A stretch of 64,000 nt of DNA from the human T2T-CHM13v2.0 reference genome, Homo sapiens, in NCBI RefSeq assembly GCF_009914755.1, contig NC_060932.1; one strand, written 5' to 3'. Shown one piece after another: positions 12,866-34,845 of the stretch. The notes beneath the pieces are model-generated. The model ran no database searches and was not told the origin of the DNA. It saw only the letters and a program-made list of their open reading frames with translations. Both the position numbers and the translations under genes were made by a program. Every line of letters starts with the position of its first letter. The first letter of the stretch is position 1.

Positions 12866-13320
12866 TGCCCAGGCTTGCTTAGGTAAACAAAGCAGCCGGG
12901 AAGCTGGAACTGGGTGGAGCCCACCATGGCTCAAGGAGGCCTGCCTGCCTCTGTAGGCTCCACCTCTGGGGGCAGGGCACAGACAAACAAAAAGACAGAA
13001 GTACCCTCTACAGACTTAAATGTCCCTGTCTGACAGCTTTGAAGAGAGCAGTGGTTCTCCCAGCTCGCAGCTGGAGATCTGAGAACGGGCAGACTGCCTC
13101 CTCAAGTGGGTCCCTGACCCCTGACCCCCAAGCAGCCTAACTGGGAGGCACCCCCCAGCAGGGGCACACTGACATCTCACATGGCAGGGTATTCCAACAG
13201 ACCTGCAGCTGAGGGTCCTGTCTGTTAGAAGGAAAACTAACAAACAGAAAGGACATCCACACCAAAAACCCTTCTGTACATCACAATCATCAAAGACCAA
13301 AAGTAGATAAAACCACAAAG

Positions 13321-14329
13321 ATGGGGAAAAAACAGAACAGAAAAACTGGAAACTCTAAAACGCAGAGCGCCTCTCCTCCTCCAAAGGAACACAGTTCCTC
13401 ACCAGCAACGGAACAAAGCTGGATGGAGAATGACATTGACGAGCTGAGAGAAGAAGGCTTCAGATGATCAAATTACTCTGAGCTACGGGAGGACATTCAA
13501 ACCAAAGGCAAAGAAGTTGAAAACTTTGAAAAAAATTTAGAAGAATGTATAACTAGAATAACCAATACAGAGAAGTGCTTAAAGGAGCTGATGGAGCTGA
13601 AAACCAAGGCTCGAGAACTACGTGAAGAATGCAGAAGCCTCAGGAGCCAATGCGATCAACTGGAAGAAAGGGTATCAGCAATGGAAGATGAAATGAATGA
13701 AATGAAGCGAGAAGGGAAGTTTAGAGAAAAAAGAATAAAAAGAAATGAGCAAAGCCTCCAAGAAATATGGGACTATGTGAAAAGACCAAATCTACGTCTG
13801 ATTGGTGTACCTGAAAGTGATGGGGAGAATGGAACCAAGTTGGAAAACACTCTGCAGGATATTATCCAGGAGAACTTCCCCAATCTAGCAAGGCAGGCCA
13901 ACGTTCAGATTCAGGAAATACAGAGAACGCCACAAAGATACTCCTTGAGAAGAGCAACTCCAAGACACATAATTGTCAGATTCACCAAAGTTGAAATGAA
14001 GGAAAAAATGTTAAGGGCGGCCAGAGAGAAAGGTCGGGTTACCCACAAAGGGAAGCCCATCAGACTAACAGCAGATCTCCCGGCAGAAACTCTACAAGCC
14101 AGAAGAGAGTGGGGGCCAATATTCAAAATTCTTAAAGAAAAGAATTTTCAACCCAGAATTTCATATCCAGCCAAACTAAGCTTCATAAGTGAAGGAGAAA
14201 TAAAATACTTTACAGACAAGCAAATGCTGAGAGATTTTGTCACCACCAGGCCTACCCTAAAGGAAGGAAGCGCTAAACATGGAAAGGAACAACCAGTACC
14301 AGCCGCTGCAAAATCATGCCAAAATGTAA
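13321..14329 (+). pseudogene. L1 ORF1p, disrupted
   Basis: TGA at codon 49 (13465-13467) and an ~8-nt deletion near 14260 (1009 nt versus the canonical 1017). Confidence 0.93.
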
Positions 14330-14365
14330 ACACCATCGAGACTAGGAAGAAACTGTATCAACTAA

Positions 14366-18219
<3,854 letters not shown>

Positions 18220-18589
18220 ACAATGAGATCACATGGACACAGGAAGGGGAATATCACACTCTGGGGACTGTGGTGGGGTGGGGGGAGGGGGGAGGGATAG
18301 CATTGGGAGATATACCTAATGCTAGATGACGAGTTAGTGGGTGCAGCGCACCAGCATGGCACATGTATACATATGTATCTAACCTGCACAATATGCACAT
18401 GTACCCTAAAACATAAAGTATAATAAAAAAAAAAGAAAAAAAATAAAAGTAGAAGGCAAATAATTGAACATACTGACATATTAATTATTGGAAAAGAAAT
18501 TTAGAACTCATATCTAACAACCCCTCCCCTTGTATTGACTTACAGCTTTCTTTTCAAACTTTTTTTTAACATGTCTTGGCTTAGTTGTT

Positions 18590-20630
18590 TTGCTTGATTT
18601 TTCAAAAGAAGAAGCTTCTCTGGATAAGGTGGAGGATAGGTAAGGGAGGTTTTAGTAAGTGCCGTTTTTATGAGCCTCTGCATCAACTTATGGATGCATG
18701 GTATGACACAGCACCCGACAAAAATAAGTACAACTATTACGGCTGCAAGGGAAGTCAGAATTGTGGCTATTATTCCTTTCCACTTACCAAACTACTTTTC
18801 TAGCCATCTTGTAAAGGGGTCATTTAGTTGCTGGCTAACCCATTGGATAGAGCAGTCAGACCTTGCAATGCCTTTGTTATACCTCCATTAGGGGCGGTGT
18901 TGTTTGGGATGGAGGTGCAACATTGAGTTTTAATCATGATGCAAACTCCTCCTCTTTCTGCTAATATATTGTCTAAGGCTATCCTATTTTCCTAAGCCAT
19001 CTGGCTAGTAGCCCCTAATTGTTCAGCTATTCCTTTAACAGCATCGCTAATGTAGTTAATAAATCGCTGTTGGTTGTAATAGATGTAGTTTATCCAATCT
19101 ACATTTTTATTCATTGTCACCCACCAAAATATTGACTCAAATCCTGCAGCTATTTGATTTTGGGCTTTAAATTGATCTGGTGTTCCCCGTGGAACTCTTA
19201 TTGTGTCTACATAGACGTGAGAGTCGAAAGACCCATAAGGGGATTCTCTTGCTTTACAATGTCTTATTTTTCCTTCCTCTGGTTGATGAAATGCCAGGGT
19301 GAAAAGGATAGCCAATTGGACTAAAGCACAAGTGCCACTCTGGTTATTTGGCAGAGTGTCCAGTAAAGGTCCACCACAATACCACCACACATCCACTCAG
19401 GGATGAACAAGGGCTGACTAATTGATAAGCTCTTCAAAATTCTTAAGCTCACTGCATCCCTTCAGCTCTCCAAGGAACATTAAGTTTTCTCCCTGTCACA
19501 AGAGACACAAAGTGAACTTAGTGTTGGGAGATGGAAGCTGGATGGCCCTCAGGGGCTGACCCGCAGGGTGTCAGACTTCAGGATATAGCAGAGAGAGAGC
19601 TTGGCATGAATTATTACTCCAGGCTGTAGAATCCTGGAAAAGAGCTATCATGCAGCCCATGCCCAATCGACTGGAGGACCACCCTAGTGCAAAGGAGACA
19701 ATCTGGGCCTCTGGCCTGCCATGTGCACAAGCATAACAATTGCTTTTGTTTAACATGCAGACAGAATCTTTGATCCTTTCCAACCAGGTATTTGCATCTT
19801 GGTATCCTGTCTTAATTGCCAAAGTTTGTTTTAAGTCTTTAACTTTTATGATAGCTGTCTTGGTCTTGTCGTTAAATGGAGAAGGAGCAATTGTTCCATT
19901 GTGAGAGGTTTTGGAAGAAGGCTTAGAGGAAGGTGCAGGCAGTGGGGGATCAAAGAAACGCATTTCAAAGAATCTAATAGGGTTTATCCCTGAAACTTCA
20001 GACCCCATACCATAAAACTGGCTTAAAAAAGGAAATCAGCTTAGAAAGGGGAAGAACTTTGAGGGTTTGAGATAATAACCTGTATAGAATTACACTGGTT
20101 TAGCTGACAGTTAGAGGGGAGGGCTGTCCCTCTAGTAAAATGAATGTATGGTTTTAGGAAATTACAAAAACCAGTCGGGGCAGTCCATTCTTACTCTTTA
20201 GTGGTCCACAGAACGTTGGACCAACTATGGCATAAAAGCTCTACATCAGGGAACAACTCTCCTGACTGACACTGGGGTCTTTATCGGAATCTCCCTGGAT
20301 TAAATGGTCCCAATTCACTAATGTCCAATCTGAAGACAGTCAGGAGGGACACAGGTACTTTTCTGAAGCAGAAATCTGTCTTTGACTTGGCAAGTCCCCA
20401 CAGGGTATAACAAGGCAAGCATTAAATGCAATCGTTTGAGGTGAAATTGACTTGGTTATGCTAATAACTAGATGTTCAGCAATAGAGTGAGGAAAGAAGA
20501 AAGAATAATAGAATAGATGAAAGAGAGTTAAATTTTTCTTAGCTTTAGTTTGGTAGGGTTTTCCCCTGGGACTGTGGCCCACGACTCTGGAGGGGGCGGT
20601 GCTTTCTTGACTCGGGTGTGATGAGTCCAT
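18590..20630 (-). pseudogene. env: HERV env remnant
   Basis: SU 'CYACAHGRPE' and 'WWYCGGPLL'; TM 'QNQIAAGFESIFWW'; ISD-like 'ENRIALDNILAERGGVC' followed by CX6CC; several stops/frameshifts. Confidence 0.85.
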
Positions 20631-20800
20631 CCCCTTTCTGCTGTAGGAACAGTAGTCTCAGTGGCTAGCAGCACAAGGTACAGTCCTTCCCAGGCTGGCT
20701 CGAGTTTTCCTTCTTTCCACCCTTTGATGAGAACGTGATCCTCAGGCTGGTGCTGGTTTGCCAGAAATTCTAGGGGTGGTACCTGTGCTAAAAGACTTTT
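20570..20800 (-). pseudogene. pol: HERV integrase C-terminal remnant
   Basis: Minus-strand translation HQPEDHVLIKGWKEGKLEPAWEGLYLVLL...GWTHHTRVKKA (GPY/F-type motif). Confidence 0.75.
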
Positions 20801-21317
20801 AGTTTTGAGGGAAAGGAAAGTGGAAGATAAAACACGTATATAATTTCTAAGAAATTGATATTTTGTTTTAAATGTGGAGACATCAGCAGTGGACTTTATA
20901 GTCCTTGGTGCCTTCTTACTGAGAAATTTCCTTTAGAACCTATTTTTATTAGTTTTTAGACCAAAGAAAGCCAAACACCATTTTGTATTTGACAGTGCTT
21001 CCTGTATGATTTTATACCAGATAAGCTAAATTTCACCTTTATATTAGTGTGTTATTAATGTAAAACTCAATTGTAATACAACCTTATAGACATATTTATC
21101 CAATTTTAACATCTGACTATAAGGTAAGATTTTTTTATAGACTCTTTTTAACCTTTTATAATTTTTGTTAAAGAGCAGGTTAGTGCTTTAAGAAAAACCC
21201 GTTGTGCTTTTATTTTAATGTCCAGTTCATGGAAAAACTGGATGATACACTTTTAACTTTAGCAAATATGTTTACACACAGAATTTCCTTTACAATTAAT
21301 GTTTTAAAACTTGCTTA

Positions 21318-21626
<309 letters not shown>

Positions 21627-22159
21627 TTAAAACTTCAAAACAAAATATTTTAACCTTCTAATGTAGGTAAAAATCTACATTCTTATGCCTCCTTATAATT
21701 CTTTTACCAAAAGTATATTTTACTTTCCTTATATACCTTGCACATAAACTGTTTCTTCAACAGTTTTACATTCAGGAGGCCTAAGTACTTTCAAATTATA
21801 CAACATTTCTTGCATAAATTCCTTTTTATAACATACTTTTTTTCATGACTTTCACAGACAGTTCTTCGACACACCTCAACTTTTTGACTTATTGTAAACA
21901 TCCCTTTTTTCAAAACAACCAGTTAATTTATTTTAGGACAAGAATTTACCATATAACATTCCTTTTTACATATATTCTCCCCCCGACTTTTTTTTTTTCT
22001 CACAGATGATAACCATTCTTTTCCAAAGCAAACTTTCTTCATGTCTGTGGACTAGACTGTCTAAGGCCACAAGATTAGAAGTTAGGATAATACACGTTGC
22101 ACTGTTAACTTTTAGCAAACTTTACTTTTGTTGAAAACCTTGTAAGTTTGGGATTTTGA

Positions 22160-22870
22160 TTATCCTTTGCTATTAATAAGACCTTGTTTAGTCCAAATTA
22201 ACTTAGAATTGGTATAGATGGTTCCTTCCTGGTTCTGTAAGTACTTTAAGGCTTGGCTGAGTGCAAAGAGCTCACACGTTTGAGCAGACCAATTGTTAGG
22301 CAATTTTCCCAACTCGGCTTTTACAAGAGTTTCCTTATCAATTACTGAATACTCATTGTGTCTTTTTTCCTCAATCACCTGGGAGGAACCATCTATTGTC
22401 CTGTCCTGAAGGGAGTTCCTCCTAGGTCTGGTCGGACCTCTGTATGGTAACTGGTTAAGATTTAGATCTCCTGTTAGAAAACCTGCTGAGTTAAGGGAAT
22501 TATCAGTGGTTAATGTTAAATCATCTTTTTCTAACAGAATAGCCCCATATTTTAAGATTTTTGAGTTAGTAAGCCACCTTTTTGCTTTTCTTTTCTTTTT
22601 TTTTTTTTTTTTTGGACTTAGGATAGTTCTGAATTGGTGAGGTGTTCTCACAATGAGGTTTCCTCTCAAAGTTATTTTTCTACTTTCTTTTGCTAGCAAA
22701 GCAGTTGCTGCTACAGATTGAATGAATTTGGGCCATCCGTGGGTCACTGGGTTAAGGCTTTTGATAGGAAGGCTATGGGTTGTCAGTGGCCTCAGCTCTT
22801 TCGGGCTATGCCCTCGTTTACACTGACAACAAGGTGGTGTTGGAGTGTTATAGTGTCACGAAGAAGACCT
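22160..22870 (-). pseudogene. pol: HERV pol tether/RNase H remnant
   Basis: ORF 22160-22747: GWPKFIQSVAATALL, RWLTNSKILKY, DGSS, SAQTCELFAL, IYTNSK. Confidence 0.85.
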
Positions 22871-22939
22871 TCAATTATCAATTATAGGTTTTAAATTTAC
22901 CCTGGCTTTTAAAGGAATAGGGTACATTGTCTTCTCTTT

Positions 22940-23045
22940 ACTACTTCTCTCTCTCTCTGACTTTCTGTCTCTCTCTTTCTCTCTTTCTTTGACTCCCTCT
23001 TTGTCTCTGTCTCTTCCTCTCTCTCTCTCTCTTTCTCTTTCCTCT
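22940..23045. repeat. (CT)n-rich low-complexity tract at the pro/pol deletion junction
   Basis: Direct inspection. Confidence 0.85.
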
Positions 23046-23099
23046 CCACTGGTCTTGCCCTGCCTCTGCCAGCCGCTTATGCTGCTGTTCTCCCCCATC

Positions 23100-24104
23100 T
23101 CCTTCCCCTTTTACCCTGAAGACTAAAAGTTCCTCTGAGGAGGAGACATTAGACGAGGGGAAACAAACAGAGGAGCACGCAGCCCCTGAATCAACTAAAA
23201 AGGTGATAATCTCATGTTTAGGTCCCACCTCCAAATTCATCAGGGTCTCCTGGTGAGACTCAAGATAAAAGACAGAGTCCCTGACCCCCCTCTTCTTCCT
23301 TGAAAGTCATGAGTAGAAGGGCTCCTTTCTCCTTTCTTAGTTCAAGACATCCTCTCTTGAAGTGGCCTGTTCTTCCACATCTATAGCACCTCTCATGTCC
23401 TTCCTCTCTCTTAGTTCTGGGATTCTTTAACCCTGCTCCCCCATACTCTTTAGGGGTCCTGGTAGATGAGGACCTTGGTCCTCCAGATGGAGGGGGGGTC
23501 CTTTTAGAGAGAGGTCTTTAGGTTGGGAGGGAACAGGCTGGTGGGATGGTAATTCCCAAGAGTCAGGGTTATAAGGAGGAGGGATAACGTCAGTCAGGGG
23601 GAATTTGGAACGGGATCTGAGGCAGCAGTGGCTGTCTGAGGGGAAAGATTGGGGACACTGAATGGGGGAAGACAGTCTAGGGGATCCCATTCACTGGAGT
23701 CTTTAGGCATGAGAGCTAGCTCCTCTGACTTTTCATTTTGAGGTGCCAGATTGGGTTCCTCCCTATGTTTTTAAGGGAAAAAGGAGGGCAGGTCCTTGCC
23801 TCCAACAAAGGGTATAGCCTAGTTCTTCTTGAGACACTGGACTTTTATTAACATATCAGATTAGAAGCTGATGCATTACGTCCTCATTTGACCCAAACTT
23901 TGGCCAGAAGATTGAAAGTTTGAGGATGGGTCCCTGAGTCCAAATAAAACAGCAATATTTTATCATTTGTTGCTTTTTCCTGTGTTTAGTCCTTTCATTA
24001 TCTTTCCAGTGTTTTAGCATGAGACCTAGGGGGCTATCTGGGGGGATATCTTTGCTACCATCTTTATCCCCCTTGTTCCTTGTCTTGCTTGGGGTATTTC
24101 CCAT
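23100..24104 (-). pseudogene. gag: HERV gag (MA, NC) and partial protease remnant
   Basis: MGNTPSK myristoylation-type start at 24104; 'PPPY' late domain; CCHC knuckle CYRCGRTGHFKRGC (~23347-23388); protease 'FLVDSGA'; most of CA and RT deleted. Confidence 0.87.
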
Positions 24105-24127
24105 CTTGATGGTTTTGGGGTAAGGTT

Positions 24128-24378
24128 CGAGGTTCAATTTCTCTTACTGGAAATTTCTCACCTTTTGGGGTGAGGCTCAATTTCCCCACTGGAAATTTCT
24201 TGCCTTTTGGGGTGAGGCTCAATTTCCCCCACTGGAAATTTCTTACCTTTTGGGGTGAGGCTCAATTTCCCCACTGGAAATTTCTTGCCTTTTGGAGTGA
24301 GGCTCAATTTCCCCACTGGAAATTTCTTGCCTTTTAGGGTGAAGCTCAATTTCCCCCACTGGAAATTTCTTGCCTTTT
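24128..24378. repeat. 42-bp tandem repeat (~6 units) in the HERV leader
   Basis: Unit ggggtgaggctcaatttccccactggaaatttcttgcctttt; 14-aa periodicity in the ORF track. Confidence 0.95.
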
Positions 24379-24772
24379 CTACTACTGGAGGTTTGTGTGA
24401 GGGTCAATCCCCCGCAATGGGGACATCTCACCTCTTTTTAACCTCTAAGCCACCCCAACCAAAGAGTACTTCACTGCCCACCCCCGCCCCCCATGGCTTC
24501 CTTACCTTGGTCCCAACAACCAAGGAAATACTTTACCAGCTCCCGCAGTTTCTCCTTCCTTGATCTGTGCACAGAGTCATTGCCGCAGGATGTGAGGATC
24601 CTTTAAGCTAGATTGCTGGCCAGTTTGGTTTTTTTTCACCCACGTTGCTGAAAGCTTGGGTTATTCCTTGCACTGGGTGGGTCTTGATTTCTCACCCCTG
24701 AGGCCGCCACAAGGGGGCGGGGCGCGCCTCCTCACAAGAGAGAACCAGAGACCATCCCCAGAGGGGAATGTA

Positions 24773-24790
24773 ATCACGGATGAGCCCGAA
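24773..24790 (-). promoter_or_regulatory. Primer-binding site, tRNA-Pro-like
   Basis: Minus strand ttcgggctcatccgtgat, 14/18 match to TGGGGGCTCGTCCGGGAT, 3 nt after the 5' LTR. Confidence 0.75.
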
Positions 24791-24793
24791 AAT

Positions 24794-25269
24794 TGTTATA
24801 TATAAAGTTTTGGTGCCGCAAAAGAAATAGCACTTGAATATAAAATTTTCTTTTTAATTCTCAGCAAGGCAAGTTACTTCTATAGAAGGGTGTGCCCTTA
24901 CAGATGGAGCAATGGTGACCACACACTTGGACAAGGGTGGGGAAGGGGTTCTTATCCCTGATGCACATGGCCCCTGCTGCTGTGTCCTTCCCCTATTGGC
25001 TAGGGTTAAACCGCACCGGCTAAACTAATTCTGATTGGCTAATTTAAAGAAAATGACAGGGTGAGTGCTTTGGCGGGAGTCAGGGCAGAGCAGATAGCAG
25101 GTAATTGGAATGAGTTAGGGTGGAGCAGGTGATCAGAATGAGTTAGGGTGGAGTAGGTAATCGAAAAAGATTGCTTTACAAGGAAGTTAAGTTTAAAAGT
25201 AGAAGGCAAAGAATTGAACATACTGACATATTAATTCTTTGAAAAGAAATTTAGAACTCATATCTAACA
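24794..25269 (-). mobile_element. 5' LTR (LTR10-like), uninterrupted
   Basis: tgtta...taaca termini; contains the empty L1 target site tttaaaagtagaaggcaaa at ~25192-25210. Confidence 0.9.
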
Positions 25270-31700
<6,431 letters not shown>

Positions 31701-31849
31701 TTTACTTCATGTTCTCCTGTTCTCCATGTCAGTGTGTCTACAATGACCACTCTACAACAGATAAACCTATCAACAAATACTTGCCCTATCTTTATTGACA
31801 CAGCAGAAATTTGCCTGTTACATGTAACAATTGCAAATTTTAATTTATC

Positions 31850-32090
31850 CTAGCTTTATTTAGACTTTACTATATGCCAGGCACTGTGCTAAGCACTTTA
31901 CATGCATTCTTTCAGTTAATCCTCACCAACTGCACAAGGTTGAAAGGTACTAGAATTGCCCCTAATTTATATATAAAGAAACTGATGCTGACACGGGTTG
32001 AGTAAGTTATAGAAGGTCACATGACTTGTGAGCAGCAAAGGCCAGACCTAAACACAAATTATAACCCATGCTTTTAACCACTAAATTATA
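31850..32090 (-). mobile_element. MIR
   Basis: 'tactatatgccaggcactgtgctaagcactttacatgcatt...aagaaactga...aaggtcaca'. Confidence 0.8.
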
Positions 32091-32194
32091 TGGCCACAAA
32101 ATGGTTCTTACATTGATTCTCTTCATTCCTCAGTAGGAGTTAAGAACTGATAAAAACCTTCCAGGAGGTGTCGAAGTGCTTGTCTGCCCTGGTT

Positions 32195-32760
32195 GTTAAA
32201 TATTTATTGAACATTCCATTTATACTGGATACTGTTCTAGATGCTGGGTAATGAACAAAAAGAACAAATTATCTGCCATCATGGAGCTTATATTGTAATG
32301 GGGAGACAGAATAAAACACATTTTTATTAAAATTTCAGCTAGTAATAAGTATTATGGAGAAAAAGAAAGCAGGGTGAGGAGGCAGCAAGCGATGGGAGGT
32401 GTTAGCCTGGCAGGAGTGTCCCATGTGGCGCCATCAGGTGGGATGTGGGAGTGTCCCATATAGGTCTCTAAGGAGACAGCACTTCATTAGAATCCTCAAG
32501 GGACCAACCCCCTAAATGCCTGGAGCAAGATAATTTTGAGCAGAGAAATCAGTAAGGGTAAAGCCCTAAGCCAGGAAAAGCTTGGTTATGGAAGGTTCCG
32601 CTGGAACAGAGTGAGAACGGGGATATCAGCAGAAAAGGCACTGGAGGAGTCAGGTGCCCAGTCCCAGGAATGCAAAGATCATGGAAAGGATGTTTGGGTG
32701 TTTTTCAGGGTGTGATGGGAAACCACTGGAAGTTTCCAAGGAAAGGAATGATATGATCTG
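32195..32760 (-). mobile_element. L2 3' fragment
   Basis: 'aaatatttattgaac...actgttctagatgctggg...catggagcttatattgtaatgggg'; 'gatgggaaaccactggaag'. Confidence 0.7.
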
Positions 32761-32762
32761 AT

Positions 32763-32764
<2 letters not shown>

Positions 32765-32800
<36 letters not shown>

Positions 32801-32810
32801 TGTGTGTGTG
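32765..32810. repeat. (TG)n microsatellite
   Basis: ~23 units with one interruption. Confidence 0.97.
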
Positions 32811-33165
32811 TTAAAATACATAACATAGAGTACACCATTGTCACCATTTTTAGGTGTACAGCTCAGTGACATTAAGTATATTCACATTGTGCTGTAACCA
32901 TCACCACCAACCATCTCCAGAACCTTCTCATCTTCCCAAAGTAAAACTTCATACCCATTAAACACTAACTCCCTGTTCTTCCTCCTCCCAGTACCTAGCA
33001 ACCACCATTCTGCTTTCTGAGTCTATGGATCTGACTACTGTAAGTTTGGGATCTGGCTTATTTCATTCAACCTAGTGCTTTCAAGGTTCATCCATGTTGT
33101 AGCATATACCAAAATTGCACTGTTATTTTAGGGCTGTATGTATACACCACACATTTTGTATATCC
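32811..33165 (-). mobile_element. L1MB-type 3' fragment
   Basis: 'ccatttttaggtgtacagctcagtgacattaagtatattcacattgtg...catctccagaac'. Confidence 0.75.
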
Positions 33166-33307
33166 ATTGGGTTAAATGAAATCTATCATCAAAATTAATT
33201 TCATTTGCTTCTTCCTGCTTTTAAAAAATCTGGCTCGTAGAAAATAAAAAATTACACATGTAGCTCACATTCGTAGCTTGTATTATATGTCTCTTGGACA
33301 ACACTGT
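33166..33307. mobile_element. MER33/MER3-type hAT fragment
   Basis: 'aaaattacacatgtagctcacatt...ttggacaacactg' terminus. Confidence 0.6.
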
Positions 33308-33617
33308 TTTAAAGTTTTTACAGAAGCCTACAAAAAACTACCTCAAGAATTTTTTTACTGTCATCATGAAGAAAAAATGAAAGCAGCTTATAACTGACTA
33401 TAAGAACCCCAAGAAAAGAATGATGCCCTACAACCAGCTCAAAATGCCCCAGAAATAGCATTTTTATGGAGGGTAAATAATTTTATAGCCAAAGAAGAAA
33501 TTTGTTATAGTGGATTTTTCACCAAAGAGGATTTATTGAAATCAAATCAACAACTCATTCTTTAGGGAAGGTGCAAGAATTGAATGGTGGTCAGAAACTA
33601 TTCGCTCCCTGCCACCC

Positions 33618-33861
33618 TGGGTGGTTCATGAGGTCAGGAGTTCAAGACCAGCCTGGCCAAGATGCTGAAACCTTCTCTCTACTAAAAACACAAAAATTAG
33701 GCAGATGTGGTGGCGGGCACCTTTAATCCCAGCTACTTGGGAGGCTGAGGAAGAGAATTGCTTGAACCTGGGAGGCAGAGTTTGCAGTGAGCCGAGATCG
33801 CACCACTGCACTCCAGCCTGGGTGACGGAGCAAGATTCCATCTCAAAAAAAAAAAAAAAAA
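33618..33861 (+). mobile_element. 5'-truncated AluS
   Basis: Begins mid left arm 'gggtggttcatgaggtcaggagttc'; long A-tail. Confidence 0.92.
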
Positions 33862-34679
33862 TAGCATCTAGTAATCAATAGAACAAAGCATCCAGTAATC
33901 AGTAGAAAAAATATTGATATTTATCTTTATAAGCAAGATATCATAGCATAAGTGAAATATTTTGCTGTGGAATGTTTTAAGTCACAAATCTGGTTATAAA
34001 AAGTCCTGAAAGCTGAACTGAAACACACCAGCAGCTTGGGAAGTACTTGATGTGCCAGAGGCATCCTCACTGGCTCTCAGGTTTCTATTTGGATGTGCAT
34101 GGACAGACAAAATGCAGACACTGAGAGGTTTTAAGAAAAAATGTAGTGGCCTCCAAATACCCAATTTAAAACTGGTGTATGCTTATATGGCACAGGTAAA
34201 ACGGTATTCCATTTCTCTGTTCCAAAATCAATAGAGCTATGTCTGAGCTACTTTACCAGTAGTGATGCAATTGTGTAATGAACCATCCTTTCCCTCATTT
34301 GACATAGGACAGCATAGTCCTCTTGAAGAGAAGCTGAAAAAGCCTGGTGGACAGAGGGCTTGGGAAATTAACATTCATTTATTATTGTTTATAGCAAGGC
34401 CATCCAGGCCATTGGCATGCTTTTGAGATCTGAGTTCAGTAAATTGCATGTCTTTGTGTGTGTGTTTACATTTCATGTAACCTCTTCAGTATTGTATCTA
34501 TCTTTTAAAAAATTTACAATTCAAAATTATTTAGTTCATTTTGCAACTGCTTTCCTTATTTTGACTGAAAGGCATTCTCTCATGATTTCTTCTTTGTGAG
34601 TTCCAAGAGCTGGTGTAACCTGAAGACCTACATATCTTCACATCCTCTCCCAAGTGACCAACTGTCACTCCCCCAAGAA

Positions 34680-34845
34680 GAGATAGGTGATAGATGATTG
34701 ATTGATTGATTGATTGGTAATAGATAGATGACAGATAGATAATAGATAGAAGATAGATGATAGATGATAGATAATGGATAGATAGATGATAGATAATAGA
34801 TAATAGATAGATGATTGATAGATAGGTAGATGGATAGATAATACA
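34680..34845. repeat. Degenerate (GATA)n/(GATT)n microsatellite
   Basis: Direct inspection. Confidence 0.93.

Noticed and set aside
24128-24378. Regular repeats that might suggest a CRISPR array
   Set aside because: Head-to-tail units with no unique spacers, inside a primate ERV, no cas genes
33310-33600. A-rich coding-like stretch (VFTEAYKKLPQEFFYCHHEEKMK...)
   Set aside because: Short, stop-interrupted and not assignable to a transposase or gene by eye; tBLASTx or Dfam would be needed
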